This document shows, piece by piece, positions 9,948 through 18,566 of a stretch of DNA of 64,000 nucleotides. The first letter of the stretch is position 1, and each line of letters starts with the position of its first letter. The position numbers were made by a program, and so were the translations under genes. Under the pieces are notes generated by a model. It saw only the letters and a program-made list of their open reading frames with translations, was not told the origin of the DNA and ran no database searches. The stretch is taken from contig JAGOKF010000009.1 in NCBI GenBank assembly GCA_017994695.1, forward strand, positions 4,461 to 68,460, read 5' to 3'. This DNA comes from Myxococcota bacterium (lineage in GTDB: Bacteria > Myxococcota_A > UBA9042 > DTJE01).

Positions 9948-10226
9948 ACGGGTCCTCCCGACTCCACAGGGGTTGCCACGGGCGTCCCACGCCCACCGGA
10001 AAGGGATGCTGCAACTTCTGCTGCGTTGCGTCAAGATCTTTCCGGGCGGCGCCGATCCGTTCTCACGGAAACGCCTTTTCGACTGGTTCCGCAAGGGTTC
10101 CGGGCCGCGCCATGCAACGAAGGGCCGCGGACGACCCGAGGCTCCGTTCGAACGGGTCCGCAGGGGTCCGGGAACGAGGTCGTGTGTTCGCTCCTCAGGA
10201 TATCCAGGCGGTACGGGAGGTTGAAT

Positions 10227-13200
10227 GTGGTAAAAAGGGGACTGTCCCTGGGGGGGGTCGGGGTGCGAAGAAGCGCGGTGCTGGCGATGGCGAGCGTCCT
10301 GTGGTGCTGCGGAGGGGGAGGGGAGTCCGGCGGGGACGCACGGGACCTCGCGGAGGTCTTCCCGGAGGATCCGGGGACGGAAGAGGGAGGGGAGGACGCT
10401 GCGGGGGACGCCGGCCGTGACCAGGGAACGGTCCTGCCGGAAGGGATCACCCTGCTGGGTCCGGAGACGGACCCGGTGCGGGCGGGGGGACGGCCTGCGG
10501 AGACGGCATGGGACGGCGGGGAGTGCCCCGGAGCGGAATCGCTGCAGGCGGCCAACGGGGCGCTCCGCGGGACCTGGCGCTTCCGGTTCGATGCCGACGA
10601 CCAGGGGATTTCCGAGGGCTGGTTCCGTCCGGAAACGGACCGCCGCACGTGGAGGGAGATCGGCGTGCCGGCGGCCTGGGACATCGCCCTGCCGGACCTG
10701 TTCGACCGCCAGGGGGTGGGGTGGTACGCGGTGGAACTGCCCCCGCTGGATCCCGAAGCGCCGCGGGTGATCCTCCGGTTCGACGGGGCCTTCCGGGAGA
10801 CCCGGGTCTACTGGAACGGACAGGAGGTCGGACGGGACGACCTGCCCCAGTTGCCGTTTTCCTTCGACGTGACGCCCTTCGTGTCCCGGGAGGGACCGAA
10901 CCTGCTGGTGGTCCGGGTGGACAGCCGCATGGGTCCCGGGACCCTTCCCTGCACGCTGTCGTTCCACCAGGGGCTCCACGGGTGGATGCCCTGGAGCGGG
11001 CTGATCCGGCCGGTGACGCTGTGCGGTGCCCTGGAGGCGGCGGTGACCCGGGTCGCGATCCGGGCCGATCCGGCCACGGGATCCTTCCGGGCCCAGGTCT
11101 TCCTGGAAACGACCGGGAACGGGCCGGGGGTCCGCTTCACGGGGAGGCTGATCCGTCGGGGCTCCCTGGAGCGGACCTTCGGCCCCGTCACGCTGCCCGG
11201 GGACTTCCTGGGGGGCCTGGCCCTGGAAACGACCGTCCCGGATCCGAACCGGGATCGGGCCGACGGAGAACCCTGGGTCCCCTGGACGCTGGAGGTCCTG
11301 CTGGAGGATGACGAGGGACGTAGCGAGCGGAGGGAGTACGACCTGGCCTTCCGGTCCTTCGAGGTCCGGGAGGGCCGCCTGCTGCGGGACGGCCGGGACG
11401 TGTTCCTCCACGGGATGAACCGCCACGAGGACCACCCTCTCCACGGCCCGGTCTTCGACGAGGAATCGACCCGCCAGGACGTGGAATTGCTGCGGGCCCT
11501 CCACGTGGATTTCCTGCGGGGAGCCCACTACCCGAACGACGTCCGGACGTTGCGGGCGATGGAGCGGGCGGGCATCGGCATGGCCGAGGAAGTCCCGGTG
11601 TACCAGTGGCAGGAGGAGCATTTCCAGGATGCCGGGCTGGTGGACGCGGCCCTCCGGGCCCTGCGGCGCCTGGTGATCCGGGACCAGCCCCGTCCCGGCG
11701 TGCTGACCTGGAGCGTCGCCAACGAGATCTGGACCTTCGTCCCCGACGCCGAGCCGTTCGTGCGGTCGATGTCCGATGCGGCGAAGGCCCTGGACGACAC
11801 GCGGCCCACGATGATCGCGTCGCTGTCCGAAGCGCTGCTGTCCTACGCGCCCTTCGACACGGGCCAGGGGCCGGTGGACATCATCGGGATCAACGAGTAT
11901 GCCGGGTGGTACGAAGGGGAGACGGCGGACCTGGGGGACCTGCTGGACCGGGCGCTGCTGCGCTGGCCGGACAAGGCGTTCCTGGTCAGCGAGTACGGCG
12001 CCGACGCCCTTCTCGGGCGGCGCCAGTTCCGCACCCCGGGGGAGGAGCCCGCCGATGCCCACTCCTTCAGCGAGGAGTACCAGGCCTGGTTCCACCGCAG
12101 ACACCTCCGGACCTTCGCCGAGAGGCCCTGGATCCGGGGGGTGATGCCCTGGGTGTTGGCCGATTTCCGGATGCAATGGCGACAGGACACGGCGAAGCCG
12201 CCGCCCGTGGACCGGACCAATCTGAAGGGGCTGGTCGATGCCTTCCGGCGCCCCAAGGAGGCCTTCCAGGTCGTCGCCCGGGCCTTCGCGGATCCCGACG
12301 GACTGGTGCCACCGGACGACCCCGCCTGCGGGAACGGCGTCCGGGAGCCCGGGGAGGTCTGCGACGGTGCCCCGGTTCCCTGCGAGGACCTGGGGGCGTC
12401 CTTCGCCCCGGGAGGCGAGGCTCCCTGCAGGGACGACTGCCTTGGGAGGGACGTCACGGCCTGCCGCCGGGGCCTCCCGGAGGCGGCTCGCCACGAGGTC
12501 GTGGTCCCCGCCGTCCGGGACCCGGAACGGCACGGGATGGCCCGGTGCAACGACGGATCGCCGTTCGCCTTCCGGATCCGAACGTCCCCGACCGGCTCCC
12601 GTGTATTCGTGGTTTCCCTGCGGGGAGGCGGCTTCTGCGACGAGGCGGCCGTGCCGTGCCTCCGGACCCAGGACCTCTTTTCGGCCCCGCCCTACGCCGA
12701 CCGGGAGACCCTGATCCCCACCGAGGAGTGCGGGGGCATCCTGGACCCGGACCCCGCGGAAAACCCGGATTTCGCCGACGCGAACCTGGTCTTCGCCTGG
12801 TACTGCACGTCGGACTTCTGGTCCGGCACCCGCACCTGGCCGATCCCGGTGATCATGAGCCCGGAGGACGGCTGGCTCTTCTCGGGGCGCCTCGCGGTCC
12901 AGGCCCTGGCGGAGACCCTCGCGGCCCGCTACGGGATGGTGGACGCCCCGGGGATCCGCGTGCTGTTCCACGGGACCTCTTCGGGGGCCCTGGGAGCGGC
13001 GGCGACGGCCGACGTGCTGGCGGACCTGCTGCCGGGGGTCGCGGCCCGGGGGGACCTGAAGGTGCTGCTGGACGCCGGGCTCCTGGTCCACGACTGGGAC
13101 GAGTCCGACGCCCGGGTGATGCTGGCCGAGGAGGGCGACGCGGCGGTCATCCGGGCCGCCCATGCATTCTTCCAGTCCCGCCTGAACCCCGTCTGCGAGG

Positions 13201-13631
13201 AGTCGCGCATCCGGTCGGGGGGCGATCCCGGGGACTGCCTGTTCCAGCGCTGGTCGGTGCCAGCCCTGGCGCTTCCGCGGCCCGGGGGAATGGGCCTCCC
13301 GGTGATGGTCGTCCAGAGCCTCCGGGACCCGACCTTCGCCTCCTACCACAACCACCCCGATGACGCGGCCTTCGAGACCCGCTACGGCCTGCGCCAGTGG
13401 GCCGACGTGCTGCTGGCGGACCCGGGCCCCGACGGGAATCCTCCCCGGGCGCTTACGGCCTGGTGGTTCCTGTCCTGGGACTCGTTCCACGACGTGACCC
13501 GGCGCACCCCCGGCTGGCGCCGAGGCGAAGGCGAGGAATCGCTGCCCGCCGTGATCGGGAGGTTCTGGCGGGGCGGTTCCCCGGAGCGGGTCGTGGCGGG
13601 GGAACCCCCGGCGGCCCTCTCCTGGCGATGA
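10227..13631 (+). CDS. GH2 family glycoside hydrolase fused through a Myxococcus-type Cys-rich repeat to a pectin-acetylesterase-like (PAE/Notum family) domain; probable lipoprotein
   Basis: GTG start with a signal peptide ending in Cys. GH2 TIM-barrel motifs (WSVANE acid/base, VSEYGAD nucleophile). The linker CGNGVREPGEVCDG matches the Myxococcus cysteine-rich repeat. The C-terminal domain has GGGFC and GTSSGALG, which are PAE-like. Confidence 0.7.
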   Translation: MVKRGLSLGGVGVRRSAVLAMASVLWCCGGGGESGGDARDLAEVFPEDPGTEEGGEDAAGDAGRDQGTVLPEGITLLGPETDPVRAGGRPAETAWDGGECPGAESLQAANGALRGTWRFRFDADDQGISEGWFRPETDRRTWREIGVPAAWDIALPDLFDRQGVGWYAVELPPLDPEAPRVILRFDGAFRETRVYWNGQEVGRDDLPQLPFSFDVTPFVSREGPNLLVVRVDSRMGPGTLPCTLSFHQGLHGWMPWSGLIRPVTLCGALEAAVTRVAIRADPATGSFRAQVFLETTGNGPGVRFTGRLIRRGSLERTFGPVTLPGDFLGGLALETTVPDPNRDRADGEPWVPWTLEVLLEDDEGRSERREYDLAFRSFEVREGRLLRDGRDVFLHGMNRHEDHPLHGPVFDEESTRQDVELLRALHVDFLRGAHYPNDVRTLRAMERAGIGMAEEVPVYQWQEEHFQDAGLVDAALRALRRLVIRDQPRPGVLTWSVANEIWTFVPDAEPFVRSMSDAAKALDDTRPTMIASLSEALLSYAPFDTGQGPVDIIGINEYAGWYEGETADLGDLLDRALLRWPDKAFLVSEYGADALLGRRQFRTPGEEPADAHSFSEEYQAWFHRRHLRTFAERPWIRGVMPWVLADFRMQWRQDTAKPPPVDRTNLKGLVDAFRRPKEAFQVVARAFADPDGLVPPDDPACGNGVREPGEVCDGAPVPCEDLGASFAPGGEAPCRDDCLGRDVTACRRGLPEAARHEVVVPAVRDPERHGMARCNDGSPFAFRIRTSPTGSRVFVVSLRGGGFCDEAAVPCLRTQDLFSAPPYADRETLIPTEECGGILDPDPAENPDFADANLVFAWYCTSDFWSGTRTWPIPVIMSPEDGWLFSGRLAVQALAETLAARYGMVDAPGIRVLFHGTSSGALGAAATADVLADLLPGVAARGDLKVLLDAGLLVHDWDESDARVMLAEEGDAAVIRAAHAFFQSRLNPVCEESRIRSGGDPGDCLFQRWSVPALALPRPGGMGLPVMVVQSLRDPTFASYHNHPDDAAFETRYGLRQWADVLLADPGPDGNPPRALTAWWFLSWDSFHDVTRRTPGWRRGEGEESLPAVIGRFWRGGSPERVVAGEPPAALSWR

Positions 13632-13667
13632 GGCGGCTGCAGTGGCGGTCTCCCGGGGAACTCCCGG

Positions 13668-15617
13668 TCAGGGTCCCCCGGGAGGATTGCACTGGCCGGT
13701 GGAGGAGTTGCACCAGGAGCCCGTGTCGCAGGGGACCCGGATCCAGTGGAGGCAGGGACTGTCTCCCCGCCCGCAGTAGAGCGACACGTTGATCTGGGAG
13801 GGATCGCAGCGGCTGTCCCCGTAGCGGCACTCGCCGGTGCAGGGGCACTGCCCGCCGTTGCACGCCGAACCTTCCGGGCAGGGGTCGGACACCCAGGCCA
13901 GGCATCCCGAAGCGGCGACCTTCCGGCACGTCTCGCGACCGGTGCCGCCGGTGGAGGTGCAGCGGGACTCCCCTTCTGGACAGGGCGCGTCGCACCGGCA
14001 GCCGGTGCTTCCGTCGGGAAGGGGACCGCAGAGAGTGCCCGCCGGGCAGGCCACCACCGGGCCGAACTCGAGGCAGGGGTCCCCGTCGAAGCGGCCGCAG
14101 GTCCGGACCCCGACGGCCCCGGTGGAGGTCTTCCCGCACTGGGACTCCCCCTCCCGGCAGTCGTCGGTGCAGGCGGCCACGCACTGGTTCCCGGTGCTGC
14201 ACTCGGGCCTCTCAGGATCCCTGCAGTCCCGGGACGACAGGCACTCGACGCAGCGGAACTTTTCCGGGTGGCAGTGGTAGCCGGGGGAGCAGTGGGCGTC
14301 CCGGGTGCAGGGATGGCAGGCCCCGGTGCGGTTGTCGCAGTGCCATCCGGCCAGCAGGCAGTCGGAGTCCTGGCTGCACTTGCGGCATTCCCGGTCCAGG
14401 GGGCTGCAGAGGGTCCCGGGGCAGTCGGCGTTGGCCCGGCACCCGTAGCAGGACCCGTCGATGCAGAACCGGGTGGGATCCAGGCAGACCTTGCCCGGGA
14501 GGCACTCGGCCAGGCACGTGCGGCTCAGGGGGTCGCAGTTCCGTCCGATCTGGGTCCCGGGGAGGATCCCGCAGTCCCGGTCCGTCGTGCAGGCCCCGGG
14601 AGGCAGGTCCAGGCACACCTGCACGACCGGGTGGCAGTAGCGCCCGTCCCCGCAGTCCGCATCCTGGCCGCATTGCTGCCCGATGCAGGCATGGTCCAGG
14701 CAGCGCCACCCCGGAGAGCAGTGGGAATCCTGGGTGCAGGACACGCAATCGCCCGGGGACCCCTCGGCGCAGTGCAGGCCCTCGGAACAGTCCCGATCGG
14801 ACAGGCAGCCCTCGACGCAGGCGTTCCCGATGCACGCCCGTCCCTGCGGGCAGTCGTCGGCTCCCACGCACTCGACGCATTCCCCGGTGTCCGGCAGGCA
14901 GACGGGCCGGTCGAAGGGGCAGGGAATCCGGGAGCAGTCCTGGATGCAGCGGTGATCCCGGCAGAGGAGGCCCTGTGAGCAGTGGCCGTCCACCACGCAG
15001 GCGACACAGAGACCGTAGGGATCCACGCTCCGGTCGCAGAACAGCCCCTTGGGGCAACCCCCGTCGCCCCGGCAACCGGTGCGGCAGGTGCGGGCTTCGC
15101 AGACGGTTCCGGCCGCGCAGTCCTGGTCCGCGATGCATCCCACGCAGGCGCCGACGATGGGGTCGCAGACCGGCGCATCGGAGAGCCCCGCACAGTCCTG
15201 CTGGAGAAGGCAGGCCCTCCGGCAGACTCCTTCCAGGCATCGACCGCCCTCGCAGTGCGGGTCGGTGATGCACTCGGCGCAGTAGCCGTGAGGGAGGGCC
15301 TCGGGAATGCAGTGGCGTCCCGAGGGGCAGTCCCGGTCCTGGAGGCAGCCGGTTTCGCAGCGTCCCTGAATGCAGACTTTTCCGAGGTCGCACTGGTCCG
15401 AGGTCGAACACTCGGGAGGCGGGAGTTCCTGGATGGCGTCCCCGGGAACGGGCAGATCCCTGCCGATCCCGTCCGACCCCGCCGTGTCGTCGCTTCCCGA
15501 GGAGGGGACGTCCCGGGCCGGTGGCGCGACCTCCAGGCCGGACAGGCTGGGGGAGGCCGGCCCTACGCAGGCGATGGCGAGCAGCAGGACCGGAAGGACG
15601 GCGACTGGATGGCGCAT
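13668..15617 (-). CDS. Cysteine-rich tandem-repeat secreted lipoprotein (about 15 repeats of roughly 40 aa with a CxxGxxCxxGxC pattern)
   Basis: Lipoprotein signal LLLAIACVG. About 12% Cys arranged in regular D-x-D-C-x-x-G repeats, typical of Myxococcota Cys-rich surface proteins. Confidence 0.7.
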   Translation of the reverse strand: MRHPVAVLPVLLLAIACVGPASPSLSGLEVAPPARDVPSSGSDDTAGSDGIGRDLPVPGDAIQELPPPECSTSDQCDLGKVCIQGRCETGCLQDRDCPSGRHCIPEALPHGYCAECITDPHCEGGRCLEGVCRRACLLQQDCAGLSDAPVCDPIVGACVGCIADQDCAAGTVCEARTCRTGCRGDGGCPKGLFCDRSVDPYGLCVACVVDGHCSQGLLCRDHRCIQDCSRIPCPFDRPVCLPDTGECVECVGADDCPQGRACIGNACVEGCLSDRDCSEGLHCAEGSPGDCVSCTQDSHCSPGWRCLDHACIGQQCGQDADCGDGRYCHPVVQVCLDLPPGACTTDRDCGILPGTQIGRNCDPLSRTCLAECLPGKVCLDPTRFCIDGSCYGCRANADCPGTLCSPLDRECRKCSQDSDCLLAGWHCDNRTGACHPCTRDAHCSPGYHCHPEKFRCVECLSSRDCRDPERPECSTGNQCVAACTDDCREGESQCGKTSTGAVGVRTCGRFDGDPCLEFGPVVACPAGTLCGPLPDGSTGCRCDAPCPEGESRCTSTGGTGRETCRKVAASGCLAWVSDPCPEGSACNGGQCPCTGECRYGDSRCDPSQINVSLYCGRGDSPCLHWIRVPCDTGSWCNSSTGQCNPPGGP

Positions 15618-15794
15618 GGGCGATGTCCTCCCTTGCGGGATTTTCCGCAGAGGATTCTATCGTCTGGGAAGGGGGGAGGCGAGGGGGGAAGCGGGGGTGC
15701 GACGGGGAATGACCACGGGACGGGCATCGTTCCCCGGGAGGGTTCTCATTTGGGGTATTCTTGCCGGGAAGGCGGAGGCGCGGACGGAGGGCCC

Positions 15795-18566
15795 ATGATC
15801 CCGGATCGGCTGGAGCAGGAATTGAGGTCCGTTCTGGGCGATGCGGGCTTTTCCCGGCGACCGGCGGACCTGGCCCGGGCCTCCAGGGATCGCTGGACCC
15901 GGCTGATCCTGCTGGACAAGAGCCGTGCCCGCCCCGACTGGAGCCCGGAGGCGGTCTTCTTCCCGGATACACGGGAGCAGGTGTCGAGGGTGCTTCGGCT
16001 CTGTCACGACGCCGGGATCCCGGTGGTGCCCCGCGGCGGCGGCACGGGGCTCTGCGGGGGGGCGGTCCCCGTGTCGGGGGGCATCGTGATCGATCTGTCG
16101 GGGCTGGCCCGGATCGGCCCGATTCACGAGCTGAACAGCACCGTCCGGGTGGAGTGCGGGTGCACCGGGGCCCGCCTGGAAGCGGAACTGAACCGACGGG
16201 GCTACACCCTGGGACACCTCCCCGGGTCCCTGGAGTCCTCGACGGTGGGGGGCTGGATCGCCACCCGGTCCGCGGGTGCCCAGTCCTCCAGGTTCGGCAA
16301 GATCGAGGACCTGGTGGTCGGCCTGGACGTGATCCTCGCTGATGGGAAGCCCTTGCGCCTCGGGGGACCCCAGAGCCGGGGGCGGGGGATGCCCGACTGG
16401 CGGCAGTTGTGGCTCGGAGGGGAAGGGACGATGGGGATCGTGGTCGCCGCGACCCTCCGGATCGTCCCCCTGCCGCCCGTGCGACGGACCGCGGCGTTCC
16501 GGTTCACCGAACTGGAGGCGGGGCTGGAGGCCATGCGGACGGTCGTGCAGGCGGGCCTTCGGCCCTCGATCCTCCGGCTGCACGACCCCTGGGAGACCCT
16601 GCTGCTGGACTACCTGGGCGCCGGGGCCTCGGGGGATCGGAATGAGGGGGCGGAACCCCCGGGGAAGATGCTCGAGGGCGTGCTGCGGCGCATGATCCGG
16701 GGGGAGATCCCGAAGGTCCCCGGACAGGTGGCGCGGCTGGTGGTGCGGCTGCTGCTGGGGCGGCCCTGGGCCCAGGAGAGGATGCCCGATTTGCTGCCCC
16801 TGAGCAACGTGATGGTGATCGCCTTCTCGGGGGATGAGCGGCGGACCCGCTTCGACCTGTCGGAGGCCCGGGAGGCGCTGTCCAGGGCTGCCGCCCGGGA
16901 ACTGGCGGCCCCCGTGGCGGAGGAATGGGCCCGCCACGGTCGGCTGGTGGCGACGGACCTCCTGGGCACCTTCGGATCGTCGGCCTATGCAGACACGGTC
17001 GAAGTGGCGGGGATGTGGCGGGACATCCCTCGGATCTATCAGAAGACCCGGAAGGCCCTGCTCCGGGACGTCACGGTGCTGACCACCTTCGACCACGTCC
17101 GCCGGGAGGGGTGTGCCTGCTATTTCACGGCGATCGGAAGCCTCCCGGACCGGACCCGGCTGCTGGCCCTCTACGACCGCTGCATCCACGGCGCGTTGCG
17201 CGCGGCGATGGCATCCGGGGCGTCCCTGAGCCACCACCACGGTGTCGGGCTCCTCCGGCGGGACTTCACCCCCGAGGAGTATCCCGGCGGAAGCCGCCTC
17301 TTCTGGTCCCTGAAGGGCGCCGTGGACCCCCACGGCGTGATGAACCCGGGCAAGGTGCACCCCGCGGTCGTGGACCTGCCCGCCCGGGAGGAGGAGGACC
17401 GGCCCCTGCAGGTGGACCTTCCCACCCTGCTGGCGTGGGAGGATCGCAGTCGTCCGCCGGAGGCACTGTTGCCGGAGGTTCCCGAGGAGGTCGTGGACTG
17501 GGTGAAACTGGCCCGGAAGAACGGGTGGCGGCTGGTCCCGGAAGACGGTGCCGAGGCGGGCGGAGGCAGGAAGGGCCGGAAGGACCCCAGGGAGGTGGTG
17601 CTGCACCTGGAACGGCTGGACCAGGTCCTGGACTTCGACCCCGTTTCCGAAACCATCACCGTCCAGGCGGGGATGACGCTGATGCAGGTCGAGAACTACC
17701 TGCGGGAGCGTGGGTTCACGCTGGGATTCGCTCCCAGGAGGGAACTGGATCGCACGATCGGGACCCTGTTGAGCCACTATCCCCCCTTCGCCGGGAGCCC
17801 GCTCTACGGGACGTTGCGACGGAACTGCCTGGGGCTGTCGGCGGTGCTGCCCGACGGTACCGTGTTCCGCCAGCGCCCGGCGCCACGGCGGTCCGTGGGC
17901 CCGGACCTGATGCACCTGCTGCTGGGGACCCGGGGGCGCCTGGGCATCATCACGGCGGCCTGCATGCGCATCTTCCCGAAGCCCCCGGTGCGCGAGATGC
18001 TGGCCTACGGTGGCGACGACCCGGAGGTGGCCCTGGCGGCGATCCGGACCGTGCTGCTGCGCGACGCCCGCCCCGAGTGGGTGCTGCTGGCCATCCGTTC
18101 CCCCGGCGAGACCTCCCATCGGCACCGGGTCCGGGTGGTGGTGCAGGTGGGCGGAACCCGGGCCCAGGTGTCGGCGGACCTGGACATTCTGCGGCAGGTG
18201 ATGGACCCCCTGGGATTCGACCCGGAACCCATCCGCCCCGAGAACCGGCCCCGGCCTCCGGAACGACGCATGCCCTTCCTGGAGGGATTCCTGCCGATGG
18301 ACCGCCTGGGGACCGCCCTGGGGATGATCCGGGAGAACCGGGATCCCACGTGCCCCCAGGCCCACGTGACGCACCTGTCGATGCAGGGGGCCACGCTGCG
18401 GCTGCTGATCCGGGACCCCCGGCACCGCTTCCCCGAGGACCTGGAAGCCCTTTTGAACGGAGAGCCCGAGGGGGCGGAACTGTCCCGGATCCTGGAGTCC
18501 ATCAAGGAGAACCTCGATCCCTTCGGTGTGCTGCCGCCCCTCGATCCTCGGGGAGAGGCATCATGA
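15795..18566 (+). CDS. FAD-linked oxidase (GlcD/D-LDH/alkyl-DHAP-synthase group) with an extra C-terminal FAD-binding PCMH-like module
   Basis: FAD-binding motif PRGGGTGLCGGAVP and the FAD-oxidase_C motif HHHGVGLL. A second FAD_binding_4-like half spans residues about 560-760. Stop overlaps the next gene's ATG as ATGA. Confidence 0.7.
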   Translation: MIPDRLEQELRSVLGDAGFSRRPADLARASRDRWTRLILLDKSRARPDWSPEAVFFPDTREQVSRVLRLCHDAGIPVVPRGGGTGLCGGAVPVSGGIVIDLSGLARIGPIHELNSTVRVECGCTGARLEAELNRRGYTLGHLPGSLESSTVGGWIATRSAGAQSSRFGKIEDLVVGLDVILADGKPLRLGGPQSRGRGMPDWRQLWLGGEGTMGIVVAATLRIVPLPPVRRTAAFRFTELEAGLEAMRTVVQAGLRPSILRLHDPWETLLLDYLGAGASGDRNEGAEPPGKMLEGVLRRMIRGEIPKVPGQVARLVVRLLLGRPWAQERMPDLLPLSNVMVIAFSGDERRTRFDLSEAREALSRAAARELAAPVAEEWARHGRLVATDLLGTFGSSAYADTVEVAGMWRDIPRIYQKTRKALLRDVTVLTTFDHVRREGCACYFTAIGSLPDRTRLLALYDRCIHGALRAAMASGASLSHHHGVGLLRRDFTPEEYPGGSRLFWSLKGAVDPHGVMNPGKVHPAVVDLPAREEEDRPLQVDLPTLLAWEDRSRPPEALLPEVPEEVVDWVKLARKNGWRLVPEDGAEAGGGRKGRKDPREVVLHLERLDQVLDFDPVSETITVQAGMTLMQVENYLRERGFTLGFAPRRELDRTIGTLLSHYPPFAGSPLYGTLRRNCLGLSAVLPDGTVFRQRPAPRRSVGPDLMHLLLGTRGRLGIITAACMRIFPKPPVREMLAYGGDDPEVALAAIRTVLLRDARPEWVLLAIRSPGETSHRHRVRVVVQVGGTRAQVSADLDILRQVMDPLGFDPEPIRPENRPRPPERRMPFLEGFLPMDRLGTALGMIRENRDPTCPQAHVTHLSMQGATLRLLIRDPRHRFPEDLEALLNGEPEGAELSRILESIKENLDPFGVLPPLDPRGEAS

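Noticed and set aside
8316-13490. A 1724-aa minus-strand ORF and a 1811-aa plus-strand ORF (8196..13631) spanning the same region
   Set aside because: The only coding-like parts are the PlsC-hydrolase gene (8316..9947, minus) and the GH2 gene (10227..13631, plus). The remainder is Pro/Arg/Gly-rich antisense translation, which is typical of an open reading frame on the non-coding strand of roughly 70% GC DNA.
15735-15765. A possible sigma-54-like TTGGGGTATTCTTGCC upstream of the FAD-oxidase gene
   Set aside because: The GG and GC spacing is off by one, and the -24 hexamer is a poor match. I did not report it as a feature.
13746-15972. ORFs of 410, 586 and 222 aa overlapping the Cys-rich lipoprotein gene
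   Set aside because: These are shadow frames of a highly repetitive GC-rich gene. Only the minus-strand 13668..15617 frame has a signal peptide and regular Cys spacing.
16925-18562. The N-terminal 546 codons of the 1222-aa plus-strand ORF preceding the GH5-like gene
   Set aside because: This frame overlaps the FAD-oxidase gene and translates as Gly/Pro/Arg-rich low-complexity sequence. The real gene starts at the ATG at 18563, coupled to the oxidase stop.
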